A stretch of 64,000 nucleotides of DNA from an uncultured Ruficoccus sp. GTDB lineage: Bacteria; Verrucomicrobiota; Verrucomicrobiia; Opitutales; Cerasicoccaceae. The translations under genes and the position numbers were made by a program. The notes under the pieces are model-generated. The model saw only the letters and a program-made list of their open reading frames with translations. It was not told where the DNA came from and searched no databases. The DNA lies in NCBI GenBank assembly GCA_965140785.1, contig OZ223481.1, forward strand, positions 96,001 to 160,000, given 5' to 3'. Shown in pieces: positions 32,557-43,028 of this stretch; position 1 is the stretch's first letter; each line of letters begins with the position of its first letter.

Positions 32557-33552
32557 TTACAGCGAGGAACGACCGGCTTCGATTTCGCCCTTGATCCAGT
32601 CGTAGGTCTTTTTCATGCCCTCACGCAGGGAGATGGAGGGCGCCCAGCCCATCAGTTCCTTGATGCGGGTGTTGTCGCTGCTGCGGCCACGCACGCCCTT
32701 GGGCGCGTCGAGGTTGTAGTTGCGCTCCAGCTTGACCCCGGCGATTTCCTCGGTGATGTCCACCAGTTCGTTGATGGAGACCATCTCGTCGCTGCCGAGA
32801 TTGATCGGCTCGATGATATCGCTGTCCATGATCCGGTTGATACCCTCGATGCAATCGTCGATGTACATGAACGAGCGGGTCTGCAGACCGTCGCCCCAGA
32901 TTTCGATGTTCAGATCACCGCTGCTAGCCGCGTGGATGACCTTGCGGCAGATGGCGGCAGGGGCCTTTTCACGGCCACCGTCGTAGGTGCCATACGGGCC
33001 ATAGACATTGTGAAAACGGTACACGCGGGTTTCGATGCCGAAGTCCTCGCGGAAATGACGGCACATGCGCTCGCTGAAAAGCTTTTCCCAGCCGTAGCCG
33101 TCCTCGGGGTCGGCCGGATAGGCGTCGGCTTCCTTCAGACCGGGGTTGGTGGTCTCGCGCTGCTTGTAGCCGGCATAGACGCAGGCCGAAGAGGCGTAGA
33201 AGAAACGGCTCGTGCCGGTATCGCGGGCGGCGATCAACAGGTGGGTGTTGATCAGGACACTGAGCATGCACAGAGCCTTGTTGTTCTCGATAAAGCCCAT
33301 GCCTCCCATATCCGCGGCGAGGTTGTAAACACGGTCGCAACCGTTGACCGCCTCGTGACAGGCATCCAGGTATTGAAGGTCGAGCACGCGATTATCCACA
33401 TCATTGAAGCGCTGATACCACTGCGTGAACGGCTTGCGGTCCACTGCGCGGATATTGGTAAAGCCGCGCGAGCGGAGATTGGCAACCAAATGACCGCCAA
33501 TGAAGCCACCGGCACCGGCGACCAGGATTTTTTGAGTTTTATCTATGTTCAT
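32557..33552 (-). CDS. GDP-mannose 3,5-epimerase-like extended SDR
   Basis: NLAADMGGMGFI, YASSACVY, YGWEK, GGREKAPAAICRK, WGDGLQTRSF, GVRGRSSDN. Confidence 0.85.
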   Translation of the reverse strand: MNIDKTQKILVAGAGGFIGGHLVANLRSRGFTNIRAVDRKPFTQWYQRFNDVDNRVLDLQYLDACHEAVNGCDRVYNLAADMGGMGFIENNKALCMLSVLINTHLLIAARDTGTSRFFYASSACVYAGYKQRETTNPGLKEADAYPADPEDGYGWEKLFSERMCRHFREDFGIETRVYRFHNVYGPYGTYDGGREKAPAAICRKVIHAASSGDLNIEIWGDGLQTRSFMYIDDCIEGINRIMDSDIIEPINLGSDEMVSINELVDITEEIAGVKLERNYNLDAPKGVRGRSSDNTRIKELMGWAPSISLREGMKKTYDWIKGEIEAGRSSL

Positions 33553-33596
33553 GATGGATAGTGTTCAGATATAAAGGGGACAAAATCTAGGGGATA

Positions 33597-33932
33597 TTAC
33601 TCTTCGACGGCGATGACCAGTATTTTCAGCAACTCTTTGCCCGGGTTGGCGACCGTGTGTGTCTCGCCCGGTTCGACCAGCACGGTAGAGTTTGCCCCCA
33701 CCCTTAATTCACGCTCATCCACCGTAAAGGACGCCTCGCCCTCGAGCACATAGTAGAACTCGTACATGTCGGGATGGGCATGAGCCTGAGTCCGCTGGCC
33801 GGGCTGAAACTCGGTTTGTGAAATTTGCGTAACCTTGGGCAATTGCCCTTTGCGCACGAACACGCGCTTGAGGATATCGGGGTCGTGGGAAACGCCCTCC
33901 GCTGCCAAATCATCTGCTCGCTGGTAGATCAT
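33597..33932 (-). CDS. Cupin-domain protein
   Basis: HAHPDMYEFYYV...EPGETH; TGATG coupling to the upstream glycosyltransferase. Confidence 0.85.
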   Translation of the reverse strand: MIYQRADDLAAEGVSHDPDILKRVFVRKGQLPKVTQISQTEFQPGQRTQAHAHPDMYEFYYVLEGEASFTVDERELRVGANSTVLVEPGETHTVANPGKELLKILVIAVEE

Positions 33933-35224
33933 CACGCTTGGGCGGGCTTGGAGGTGCCTTCAAGCACATCGCCGAATTTGCGGCAGAGGATGGCCTTGCT
34001 CAGTTCCTGTTCGACCGCCGCCCGGCCCCGGGCACCCAGCTTTTGGAATTCCTCGGGCGGCAGCTCACTCAGGCGGGTGAGCTGCTCCACCGCGCCATCC
34101 ACATCCCCGTGCTCGACCTGCCAGCCGCAGTGGTGCTTGTCGATCACGTCGGAAATCGCGCACGGACTGGCCCCCAGCAGGATGATGGGCCGGGACAGTG
34201 CCATGGCCCCATAAAACTTGCACGGGTGGATGATGCCGACCATCTCGTCGCCCATGGAGATCAGATGCACGTCCGCCGCCGACAGGGAGTACTTGATCTG
34301 ATCCAGCGGCTGATAGGGCAGCGAAACGATGTTGCAGGGCGCATGCTCGCGGATTACGGCCTCCACGCTCTGCTTGCCCAGGCCGCCACCGACAAAGAGA
34401 AAGACCAGCTTCGGGTTGTCCTGAAGCCGCAGCGCGGCCTGCAGGATCGTATCTAGCGGGTGCGCCGGGGAGTGGTTCCCGCTGTACATGATGACAAGCT
34501 TGTCCTCCAGGTTATGCGCCTTGCGGAACGGATTGTCGGCGTGCGCGACCTGTTCGAGATAGCCCTCCATCGGCCAGGGGGGCATGATGTGAAACTTGCG
34601 TTCGGCCTCCGGCAGTTTCCGCTTCATCGTCTCCGCCATGAACCGGTCCAACACGACGATGTCCGAAGCCCGCTTCAGGATCAGGCGATTGAACCATTCG
34701 AAGACCCGCACCGCGAGGCTCCCCTGCGCGGCCTTGCCCATGGCCACCGCCTGGTCGGGATTGATGTCCATCACCCAGTAGCAGATCCGCACCCGGCGAA
34801 AAAAACTGAGCATGACGGCGATGGCCCCGCCCATGGGCGGCGAGGTCGTCACGAGCAGGCAGTCCGGCTTTTTGGAAAAAAGCCCGCGCAGAAACGCCTG
34901 GGCGCAAAACGACAGCTGCCCGCCCAGGCGGTGCAGGATCGTGCGCTTGCCCAGCGAGGAGAACGGCAGGCGGCGGATATTAACCCCGTTGCGCTGCTCG
35001 CGGGAAGGAAACTTCTCCTTCGGGTTGTCGTACCCGCGGTCCGAAGTCAGGACGGTCACCTCCCAGCCACGGGCGGCCATTTCCTCGGCCGCGTCGGCCA
35101 TGTGCTGCCCGACACTGGCCGGGTCGGGAACATAAACTTGAGAAATGAGCAGCATACGCCCAGGCGCAGGCTTCTCCGAGAGCGAGTGAGAGGCTCTGGA
35201 GGAAAAATCGGAAGCAGCAGACAT
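33932..35224 (-). CDS. Glycosyltransferase family 4 (WcaI/WbuB-like)
   Basis: ISQVYVPD, TTSPP, WVMDINPD, MYSGN, PCKFYGAMA. Confidence 0.9.
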   Translation of the reverse strand: MSAASDFSSRASHSLSEKPAPGRMLLISQVYVPDPASVGQHMADAAEEMAARGWEVTVLTSDRGYDNPKEKFPSREQRNGVNIRRLPFSSLGKRTILHRLGGQLSFCAQAFLRGLFSKKPDCLLVTTSPPMGGAIAVMLSFFRRVRICYWVMDINPDQAVAMGKAAQGSLAVRVFEWFNRLILKRASDIVVLDRFMAETMKRKLPEAERKFHIMPPWPMEGYLEQVAHADNPFRKAHNLEDKLVIMYSGNHSPAHPLDTILQAALRLQDNPKLVFLFVGGGLGKQSVEAVIREHAPCNIVSLPYQPLDQIKYSLSAADVHLISMGDEMVGIIHPCKFYGAMALSRPIILLGASPCAISDVIDKHHCGWQVEHGDVDGAVEQLTRLSELPPEEFQKLGARGRAAVEQELSKAILCRKFGDVLEGTSKPAQA

Positions 35225-35424
35225 AGGAAATCGCGAGCTGGCGGTTAAAGCAAGCAGGCCGCCGTCTGCAGCCTGAAGGTTTTGTTTAGAACTGAGCCGC
35301 GATCAATGTCGAGTCAATGTTTCCCCACTTTGAACTGAGGAGAACGCCCGGGGGACTAATGGGCATCGTGTAACGATGGACGTCACTGAGTTACGCCTGT
35401 GAAACATCCCCGGCGACAGCGCGG

Positions 35425-37815
35425 CTAACGAGGCCCCGGGGCGATGTACAGTTCGATATCGTCCCAGTCGATCCAGTCTCCGGCCCCCTGATTGCGCACG
35501 ACCAACTCCAGCCGAGCCTTCGCGGCCCCGGTCATCGCCTCGCCTACCGCCGTCAACGGCAGCCAGTCATGCTCGCCCGGTGGGAGGCCGTCCATGTGCC
35601 ACGAGCCCAGGCTCTTGCCGTCGGCGTCCAGCAGGCGCATATTGACATAGACCTGAGCGTCCCCGCTGAGCCGCCCCCTGCACCATGCCCGCAGGTACAG
35701 TTGCTGGCCCGGCTGGACCGCCACCGTCCGGATCAGCCCGAAATAGTCGTTGCCTTCGATCCGCAGTCCGTTGCCCGTCCCGCGGGCCGCCCGCGGGGAC
35801 TGCTCCAGTCGCATCTTCTCGGTGTGTTGCGCATCCAACTCCCATCCGCCTTCGCCGACGGCCTCCAGTGTCAGCCCTGGCTGCGCCGGAGCCGCGGCCA
35901 GCCCGCCGGAAAAAAGCGGCTCAGTAAATGTCTCGCTCACCATGACTTTCGAGCCCTCCGGCAACGGCTCTCCCCGGTGGGTCGGATCGCTGCGCAGCAG
36001 AAAAAACAGGGCCAGGCTCCGACGCCAGTTTCCGGTCAGGGCACGGCTCAACTCCGGCTCAGTAGCCAGCAGTTCCTCCGCATCGGCGGAGCTCGCCCGC
36101 GGCTGAGCAGCCAGACGTCGCCAGGTCCAGTAGTGCTCCACCGCCAGCTCGGTCATGCGAAAGCTGTCCGAAACGCGCCCGATACGCCGCCGGACGAGCT
36201 CGTCCGGCGCCAGCGAGCGAGCTTCCTCCAGGCAGGCCCGCAGGCGCGCGCACAACTCCAGAGGAAACAACTCCGCCTGCGAGGGTGAGGTAAAGTACTT
36301 GATCCAGCGTCCCGGCGGCGGCTGCTTCATCCACGCCTCCTCGCACAGGGCGTAAAAGCGCCGCATCGGCGCGGCGGACTCCCGGTAGCAGCGGCGAAAA
36401 TACTCCTCCAACAGGACATCGGGGTCCTTCTCGATATCCCATAACAGTTGAGCGGCCAGCCAGAGCTTTGGGTCGTCGATACCGGGATTACGCACGCCTT
36501 CAGCGAAGAACGAGCGCACCCCGTGCGCATACAGGTAGGGCAGCGATTCGCCAATGATGGTCGGGTAATGACGCGGGATGAAATAAGGAATCCCCTCGTA
36601 GTAGTCCCAAGAGCCCAGCTTGTTCACGCCAGTCCTTTCCCAGCGGCGGATGAGCGCCTCGTCCCCGGCCCGGTAGCCGTGGTCGAACCACTGCGCCCGA
36701 TCCGAAGTCAGCCAAGGCATAATCTGCGGGTGCAGTTCGAGCTCGGGCACTTCCTCGGCATAATAATAAGCGAGCTGGGTCAAGACCTTGTCCGCGTACT
36801 TGTCGCCCGTCGCCTCATCTTCAAAAAGCTGAACCGCCACGGCATTGGTGAAGCCGAAAACCGCCTCCGAATAGTTGGGGAGCCCGCGGAAATAGGTAAA
36901 CGGCTCCACCGCGGCCCGTGTGTGCGCGCTCTGGTCAAAGCTCAGGCTGTCGGTGATACCGAGAGAAACGCTCTGCTCGTCGGGGTGTTCGTCAAAATAA
37001 CGGGCGGCCTGCTCCGCGATATGGGCCTGGTAGCCAGGGTCGAGCAGGTTGGGCTGCGGCCCGTTGCTGGTGACACGCTCCGTCTTGCGCCCCCAGAGCG
37101 TGGACTGCCAGGCCGGATGGTCCTTGAACGCTTCGGCGTCGGTCAGCCGGTGCAGATTGTGATTGTAATAAAAGCGGCTTCCCAGGCCGTTGCGTAGGGT
37201 CCACTCTTTTTGCTCCGGCGTCTTACGCGCCTGACTGAGGCTGCGCTCCTCGAAGGACGGCTCGACCCGCCCGCCGACGCGCGGCAGCAGCGAGGGCGTC
37301 TCTTCCGGCAAGCTCACTCCGTCCTCACCCGGGAAAAGCCACAGTACCCCGTAGTGCTCACGCAGCAACCAGGCCGCCCCGTAGTAGGTGCCGCGGGGAC
37401 TGGCTCCGGCGATGGCCAGCCACGCGGCGGCTTCGCCGGGACGATGACGCAGAGGCCGGTACGGATAACGTCGGGGCCCCACCCTGGACCGCCAAGGACG
37501 GTACCGGATCAGCAGGAAACCATCTGGGTCCAGTTCGTCTCCGTCACAGATCTGCTCTCCGTCGGGACCTGTTGTCCCGACAAAGAGTCTCGCCCCCGCC
37601 TCCGGAGTCTCGCCGACGCTCACCGTTTCAATCCGCCCCGGATAAAGCTGCTCCAGGGTTTGCACCAGCAGTTCCACCGCCTGTGTTTCCTCCGGTTGCG
37701 GGTTCGCGGGTGAGACAATGACGAGCCCCTCCGCCCCGTCGTCCACACCGGCTGAGGACGCCGACAGGCATCCCGCCAGAACAGTCAGGGCGAGAGCGGG
37801 AATTCGGATCAGCAT
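35425..37815 (-). CDS. Secreted DUF4838-type protein (glycoside-hydrolase-like) with a C-terminal CBM-like domain
   Basis: Signal peptide, AIAGASPRGTYYG..WL...GVLWLFPG, WLAAQLLWD, AAPMRRFY, beta-sandwich tail ending WDDIELY. Confidence 0.65.
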   Translation of the reverse strand: MLIRIPALALTVLAGCLSASSAGVDDGAEGLVIVSPANPQPEETQAVELLVQTLEQLYPGRIETVSVGETPEAGARLFVGTTGPDGEQICDGDELDPDGFLLIRYRPWRSRVGPRRYPYRPLRHRPGEAAAWLAIAGASPRGTYYGAAWLLREHYGVLWLFPGEDGVSLPEETPSLLPRVGGRVEPSFEERSLSQARKTPEQKEWTLRNGLGSRFYYNHNLHRLTDAEAFKDHPAWQSTLWGRKTERVTSNGPQPNLLDPGYQAHIAEQAARYFDEHPDEQSVSLGITDSLSFDQSAHTRAAVEPFTYFRGLPNYSEAVFGFTNAVAVQLFEDEATGDKYADKVLTQLAYYYAEEVPELELHPQIMPWLTSDRAQWFDHGYRAGDEALIRRWERTGVNKLGSWDYYEGIPYFIPRHYPTIIGESLPYLYAHGVRSFFAEGVRNPGIDDPKLWLAAQLLWDIEKDPDVLLEEYFRRCYRESAAPMRRFYALCEEAWMKQPPPGRWIKYFTSPSQAELFPLELCARLRACLEEARSLAPDELVRRRIGRVSDSFRMTELAVEHYWTWRRLAAQPRASSADAEELLATEPELSRALTGNWRRSLALFFLLRSDPTHRGEPLPEGSKVMVSETFTEPLFSGGLAAAPAQPGLTLEAVGEGGWELDAQHTEKMRLEQSPRAARGTGNGLRIEGNDYFGLIRTVAVQPGQQLYLRAWCRGRLSGDAQVYVNMRLLDADGKSLGSWHMDGLPPGEHDWLPLTAVGEAMTGAAKARLELVVRNQGAGDWIDWDDIELYIAPGPR

Positions 37816-37884
37816 CAGGAGGTGACTACTATGTCTCGTAAACAAAATAAAGGTTCCCGGGCCCTGCCCGTTGTTAACTCGGGC

Positions 37885-38841
37885 CTAGCCAAGAATGTCG
37901 TGCATGCGGAGAATACCCGCCACACGGCCCTTACCATCGACCACGGGCACGACGTAAATCTCGTGCTGCTCCATCAGGTCCATGATTTCGCCCGCTGCGG
38001 CCTGCAGGTGAACGGACTTGGGGCGAGCGGTCATGAGCTTGGCGGCTTCAGCCGCGCCGGGGCCACCCGGGAGCATGGCGCGTCGGATGTCCCCGTCGGT
38101 GATAATGCCCAGAAGGCGTTCCTCCTCGTCCACCACCAGAACCGCCCCCAGGTTCGGCCGGCTCATCTCGCCGATGATCTGTTCAAAGTTTGCCTGCGCC
38201 TTAACCACGGGCAGGTGGTCGCCGGTCTGCATGACATCGGCTGCCGTCAGCAGCAGACGGCGGCCCAGCGTGCCGCCGGGGTGAAAAATCGCGAACTGCT
38301 CGGGCTTGAAATCGCACGCGTTCATCATGGCCACGGCCAGGGCGTCCCCGATAGCCAGCGCGATCATGGAACTCGTCATGGGCGCGAGGTTGAGGGGGCA
38401 GGCCTCGCGTTCGATGGAGGCGTCCAGCACCAGGTCGCACCGCTCGGCCAACCGGGTGTTCGTCTTGCCGAAGATGCCCAGTACCTTGGCACCGATGTGC
38501 TTGATCGAGGGCAGCATCTTGGCCATTTCCACTGTTTCGGCACTGTTGGAGACCATAAGGACAACGTCCCCGGCACTAACCACGCCCAGGTCCCCGTGCA
38601 GGGCCTCGGCCGCGTTGATGTAAACGGCGGGCGTGCCCGTGCTGGCGAAAGTCGCGGCGATCTTGTGGGCGACGATGCCAGACTTGCCGATGCCGGTCAG
38701 GACGACCTTTCCCTGAACCGCCAGCAGCGTTTCAACAAATGCGTCGAAGTTGGGCCGGAGCCGCTCCAGCGTCTGGGACAGGGCAGCCCGGTCGCGTTCG
38801 AAGACGTCGCGGGCGGAGGAAAAATGGTCGGGAGCGGTCAT
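37885..38841 (-). CDS. kdsD: D-arabinose-5-phosphate isomerase (KpsF/GutQ, SIS + 2 CBS)
   Basis: GIGKSG, ASTGTP, EALHGDLG, EACPLNLAP, FHPGGTLG. Confidence 0.9.
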   Translation of the reverse strand: MTAPDHFSSARDVFERDRAALSQTLERLRPNFDAFVETLLAVQGKVVLTGIGKSGIVAHKIAATFASTGTPAVYINAAEALHGDLGVVSAGDVVLMVSNSAETVEMAKMLPSIKHIGAKVLGIFGKTNTRLAERCDLVLDASIEREACPLNLAPMTSSMIALAIGDALAVAMMNACDFKPEQFAIFHPGGTLGRRLLLTAADVMQTGDHLPVVKAQANFEQIIGEMSRPNLGAVLVVDEEERLLGIITDGDIRRAMLPGGPGAAEAAKLMTARPKSVHLQAAAGEIMDLMEQHEIYVVPVVDGKGRVAGILRMHDILG

Positions 38842-39641
38842 CAGGCTAAGTTTCTCACGGTGGCCCAGAGCTTCAGGCACGATTCCACCAGGGCCGGGAA
38901 CTGCTCCAGCGGAATTTGGTTGGGACCGTCGGAGATGGCCTGGTCCGGGTCCGGGTGGGTTTCAAAAAACAGGCCGTCGGCCCCGGCGGCCAAGGCCGCG
39001 CGGGCCAAGGCGGGTACGAACTCGCGCTGGCCGGTGGTTTTGCCGCCCCCGGCACCGGGAAGCTGCACGCTGTGGGTGGCATCGAAAACCGTCGGATGCC
39101 CGTAGCCCTTCATGATCGAGAACGAGCGCATGTCCACCACGAGATTCTGGTAGCCGAAGGTCGAGCCGCGCTCGGTCTGCCACAGTTCGGCCGCATCCGC
39201 ACCCTCCAGCTTGTCCACGACGAAGCGCATCTCCGTGGGCGAGAGGAACTGCCCCTTCTTGACATTGACCACGCGCCCGGTCTTCGCGGCGGCAACCAGC
39301 AGGTCCGTCTGGCGGCAGAGGAAGGCCGGCACCTGGAGCACCTCGCAAACCTCGCCCACCGGGCCGGCCTGCTCGGGCAGGTGGAAATCCGTCGTCACCG
39401 GCAGGCCGGTCTCGGCCTTGACCTTCTGGAGCAGGGCCAGCCCCTCGTCCATTCCCGGCCCTCGGTCGCTGCCGAGCGAGGTGCGGTTGGCCTTGTCGAA
39501 CGAGCCCTTGAAAACGAGGTTCAGCTCCGGGTGGGCGGCAGCCAGGGCGGCGAGTTTCTCCGCCACCGTCAGCGTGAGCCGCTCGGTTTCCAACGAGCAG
39601 GGACCGGCGATAAGCAACAGGCGCTTGGGATCGTAGAGCAT
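38841..39641 (-). CDS. kdsA: KDO-8-phosphate synthase
   Basis: [46 protein letters not shown]. Confidence 0.96.
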   Translation of the reverse strand: MLYDPKRLLLIAGPCSLETERLTLTVAEKLAALAAAHPELNLVFKGSFDKANRTSLGSDRGPGMDEGLALLQKVKAETGLPVTTDFHLPEQAGPVGEVCEVLQVPAFLCRQTDLLVAAAKTGRVVNVKKGQFLSPTEMRFVVDKLEGADAAELWQTERGSTFGYQNLVVDMRSFSIMKGYGHPTVFDATHSVQLPGAGGGKTTGQREFVPALARAALAAGADGLFFETHPDPDQAISDGPNQIPLEQFPALVESCLKLWATVRNLA

Positions 39642-39648
39642 GATGTTT

Positions 39649-41220
39649 CTATGTATTTTCCTCCGCCTGCTGGAAGCGCGGGTTCTGGCGCATCCAGATC
39701 ACCGTCAAAGCCGTTGTCAGAGTGACCAGGAGCAACACGGAAGGGTTACTGAGATTAAATTCAAAGCTCGCATGGACCAGCGCCAGCAGGCAACCGGAAA
39801 GGATCATGACATGCTCGCAGGAGAGGGCCCGGATGTAGTAGCAAAGCATCCCCGCCAAATACAACACGATCAGAACAAGGAACCCGCCCCCGACCGCTCC
39901 CAGTTCCGCCGCGAACTGGAGTAGATCGCAATGGGCATGCGTGATACGCAAACGGACTTCCCGCCAACCGTACTCGCTTCTATGCCACCTCAAGCGCCAG
40001 ATGGGCTCGTACTCTTTTTTGAACTGATACGTACGAAACGCCCACTGGAAGGAACCGGCGCCCCACCCGTACACCGGACGGTCCAGGTACATCTCCGCCG
40101 TCGCCTTGGCCATCATTAGCCGCATCTGAACCGAGGAATCCGACAACGCGCCCCCCTCGCTGGAGGACCAGGATTTAAAACGCTCTTCGAACCTTTCGAT
40201 ATCTCCGAACTTCATCACGCCGTAAATCGTGGCGGCCAGCGCCACCAGCAGAAGAATGCTCCCGGCGATAAAGATCCCGAAGCTTCTGCTCTGCACCAGC
40301 CGGAAAAAATAGAGGCAAAGGAACATCACAAGCACTGCCAGGGCCATGATAACTGTGCCGCGGGACAAAGCCGCCGTCAACGCCACGGCAATAACCGCCC
40401 CCAGTAATAGAAACACGATACCGGGATGCGACTTCTGCATGCGCCGGCGGGCACGCTGCGAATAGTAAAAGAACATCCCCAGGCAAAGCGCCAAAATCGG
40501 GTACATAAAGGCACCCGCATGATTGCGATAGGGGAACGGCCCAAAAAATAAGGGGTTCGAGCTGTCGAAATTCCACAGCAGCAGGTCCGTGCCGGTCATT
40601 TGCTGGGCCAGCCCCACCAGGGAGATGGCCGCACCGTTCAGGCAGATGAGCCAGAACAAGATAACGACGGAGCGACGTCGGGTCAGTCCCACCCAGGCCG
40701 TCCATAGGGCCAGCAGTGGCGTTGCCCAGTTCATCAGCGCACGCCAGGCATTACTATACGCGAAGGGAGCCTTCACGCCCGAGGGCAACCAATCCACGTG
40801 CTTAATGGGGTAGGTCCACCAGGTCGAACTGAATCCGATCCAGTTCTCGACATCCTTATGCCCAACCCCAATGGCCGGATTCAGGGCCTGGATCAGAATG
40901 TAAATCATCAGCAGCAGCCCCAGCCAGAAGATCGGAAAGCACAGCAGCTTCCGAAGGTTCCGGCGGGGAGTCTCATCCCGGCCGTGCGCCGGGATAAACA
41001 ACTGGACGAACGTGATCAGGCTGATCGCAAACAAGGCAATCTGGGGCCACATCCCCATGCTCCCCAACAGCCATGGGCCCAAGCACACCAAAAGCCCCAG
41101 CCCGCAAATCGTGAACCACTCTCTCCGTGAAAGAGAAGCCCGCGGGCTGCGTTCTCGTCCCTGCGAATGGCGGCGAAACGCCTCCACCGGGTCTTGGTAT
41201 CTGTTTTTTGGCTGACTCAC
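39649..41220 (-). CDS. O-antigen ligase family membrane protein
   Basis: About 12 TMs, [32 protein letters not shown]. Confidence 0.85.
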   Translation of the reverse strand: MSQPKNRYQDPVEAFRRHSQGRERSPRASLSRREWFTICGLGLLVCLGPWLLGSMGMWPQIALFAISLITFVQLFIPAHGRDETPRRNLRKLLCFPIFWLGLLLMIYILIQALNPAIGVGHKDVENWIGFSSTWWTYPIKHVDWLPSGVKAPFAYSNAWRALMNWATPLLALWTAWVGLTRRRSVVILFWLICLNGAAISLVGLAQQMTGTDLLLWNFDSSNPLFFGPFPYRNHAGAFMYPILALCLGMFFYYSQRARRRMQKSHPGIVFLLLGAVIAVALTAALSRGTVIMALAVLVMFLCLYFFRLVQSRSFGIFIAGSILLLVALAATIYGVMKFGDIERFEERFKSWSSSEGGALSDSSVQMRLMMAKATAEMYLDRPVYGWGAGSFQWAFRTYQFKKEYEPIWRLRWHRSEYGWREVRLRITHAHCDLLQFAAELGAVGGGFLVLIVLYLAGMLCYYIRALSCEHVMILSGCLLALVHASFEFNLSNPSVLLLVTLTTALTVIWMRQNPRFQQAEENT

Positions 41221-41260
41221 CGTCGGATTCCATTAAGCGGCCATAGGCGCATTCTCTGAC

Positions 41261-41827
41261 TTACGTCCAGTCTTCGCCCTCGACCATTTCGAGCCATTGA
41301 TGAAGAATAAAGGTGTGAATTTCCTGAATCCGGGCCGAGACTCGGGACGGCACGAGGATCTCGTAATCGGTGCCGCCGTGGGCCTTGCCGCCATCGCCTC
41401 CGGCCAACAAGATACTGGTCAGGCCACGGGCACGCGCGGTTTCAAAGGCCCTGAGCAGGTTGGTGGAGTTGCCGCTGGTGGTGAAGCCGACGAAGATATC
41501 GCCGGGCCGCCCCAAGCTCTCCAATTGACGGGAAAACACCGCCTCGAAGCCGAAATCGTTGCCAATGCAGGTCAGGGCCGTCGTATCCGCGCACAGGCAG
41601 ATCGCTGGCAGAGAGGGACGATTGCCCTTGTAGCGGCCAACAAATTCCTCGGCTAGGTGGAGAGCGTCAGCCGCGCTCCCGCCGTTGCCCGCCGAGAGGA
41701 TTTTTCCGCCCTTGCGCAGGCGCTCGATGATAGCCCGGCCCGTCTGCTCGACGAGTGGGAGTTGCCCCGCGAAGGCGGTCAGCACTTCGATCAATTCATG
41801 GTGAGCGTCTTCAGCACGGTATTTCAT
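41261..41827 (-). CDS. gmhA: Phosphoheptose isomerase
   Basis: GNGGSAADA.H.A.E, CIGNDFG, TTSGNS, RIQEIH. Confidence 0.92.
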   Translation of the reverse strand: MKYRAEDAHHELIEVLTAFAGQLPLVEQTGRAIIERLRKGGKILSAGNGGSAADALHLAEEFVGRYKGNRPSLPAICLCADTTALTCIGNDFGFEAVFSRQLESLGRPGDIFVGFTTSGNSTNLLRAFETARARGLTSILLAGGDGGKAHGGTDYEILVPSRVSARIQEIHTFILHQWLEMVEGEDWT

Positions 41828-42788
41828 AATCGAGAATCTCCTGCGGGCTGACGGTGGCCGTTCCCAGCTTGCCGATGGCGATGCCGGCGGCCCGGTTGGC
41901 CAGGTGCGCGGCCTCCTCGATGGTGGCACCGGCGGCCATAGCCAGAGTGAGGGTGGCGATGACCGTGTCGCCCGCGCCGGAAACGTCGAAAACCTCCCGC
42001 GCCACAGTCGGGATCCGGTGGGCGACCTTACCCTCGTCGCAGACCAGCATGCCGTCCGCTCCGAGCGTGACGACCAGGTGGTGCGGGGCGTAATGCTCGG
42101 CGATGCCCCGGACGACCTCCTCCTCCGGGAACGGATCCTGCGGGTCGATGCTGATCCCGGCCATCTGGAGCGACTCGTCGCGGTTGGGCGTGATCAGGTC
42201 CATGCCCTTGACGTTGAGCTTGCGCTTGGGCTTGGGATCGACCGCGATCAGGCAGTCGGCGTCGCCGCGCAGCTCGATCAGGCGCGAAAGTAACTTCTCG
42301 GTCACCACACCCTTGGCGTAGTCCGAGACGATGACCGCCTTAGCCGCGGCCATCTTCTTCTCCAGGACCGCTAGGCACTCCGCGCTGTCAAAGGCGTAAG
42401 CGCTGCGGTGCGCCTCCCGGTCAATCCGGCAAAGCTGCTGCTGCCGGACCATGACGCGGGTCTTCTCGATCGTGGGGCGCTCGGGGGAGCGCCATTGTTG
42501 GGAAAAAACGATGCCGTTATCGGCCACCACCTTGGCGAGAATGTCGCCGGGCGTGTCCTTCCCCATCCAGCCAAACAGCTCCACCGGCGCGCCGAGCGCC
42601 GCCAAGTTCATGGCGACATTGGCCGCGCCGCCGGCGGTGTACGTGTCGCGCACCTGCGCCACGACCGGTACCGGCGCCTCGGGGGAAATTCGCGTGGCAT
42701 CGCCCCATAAGTAATGGTCGAGCATCAGATCGCCCACCACGAGGACCGGGGTTTCCTTAAAATGGTCTATAAGCTCCTGGCTGGTCAT
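41811..42788 (-). CDS. rfaE1: D-glycero-beta-D-manno-heptose-7-phosphate kinase (stand-alone RfaE/HldE domain I)
   Basis: VGDLMLD, RISPEAPVPV, GGAANVA, SDYAKG, VFDVSGAGDTV; no adenylyltransferase domain. Confidence 0.9.
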   Translation of the reverse strand: MTSQELIDHFKETPVLVVGDLMLDHYLWGDATRISPEAPVPVVAQVRDTYTAGGAANVAMNLAALGAPVELFGWMGKDTPGDILAKVVADNGIVFSQQWRSPERPTIEKTRVMVRQQQLCRIDREAHRSAYAFDSAECLAVLEKKMAAAKAVIVSDYAKGVVTEKLLSRLIELRGDADCLIAVDPKPKRKLNVKGMDLITPNRDESLQMAGISIDPQDPFPEEEVVRGIAEHYAPHHLVVTLGADGMLVCDEGKVAHRIPTVAREVFDVSGAGDTVIATLTLAMAAGATIEEAAHLANRAAGIAIGKLGTATVSPQEILDYEIPC

Positions 42789-42958
42789 AGGCGTCGATCG
42801 TCGCTTCCCCGGCTGGCCGGGCATGGGCATAAAACGGTCAGCATGGCCATCAAGGCCACAGATTCAAGTCTTTAGAGACGGCCAGATGGACACCAACGGT
42901 TCGTTATGGGTGTAGGCCCCCGCTTACGGAAGCAACGGAGACTAACGGTGCTTGGAAC

Positions 42959-43028
42959 ACGCATCGGGGTAGCCGCCTTTCTGGCGGCGCAGGGGCGCAG
43001 CCCCTCATTGCCAGCGGGTGCAACCCGC
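42959..43028 (-). repeat. REP-like hairpin repeat, family R3 (full copy)
   Basis: Minus strand reads GCGGGTTGCACCCGC-TGGCAATGA-GGGGCTGCGCCCC-TGC-GCCGCC-AGAAA-GGCGGC, directly after the ugd stop. Confidence 0.75.
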
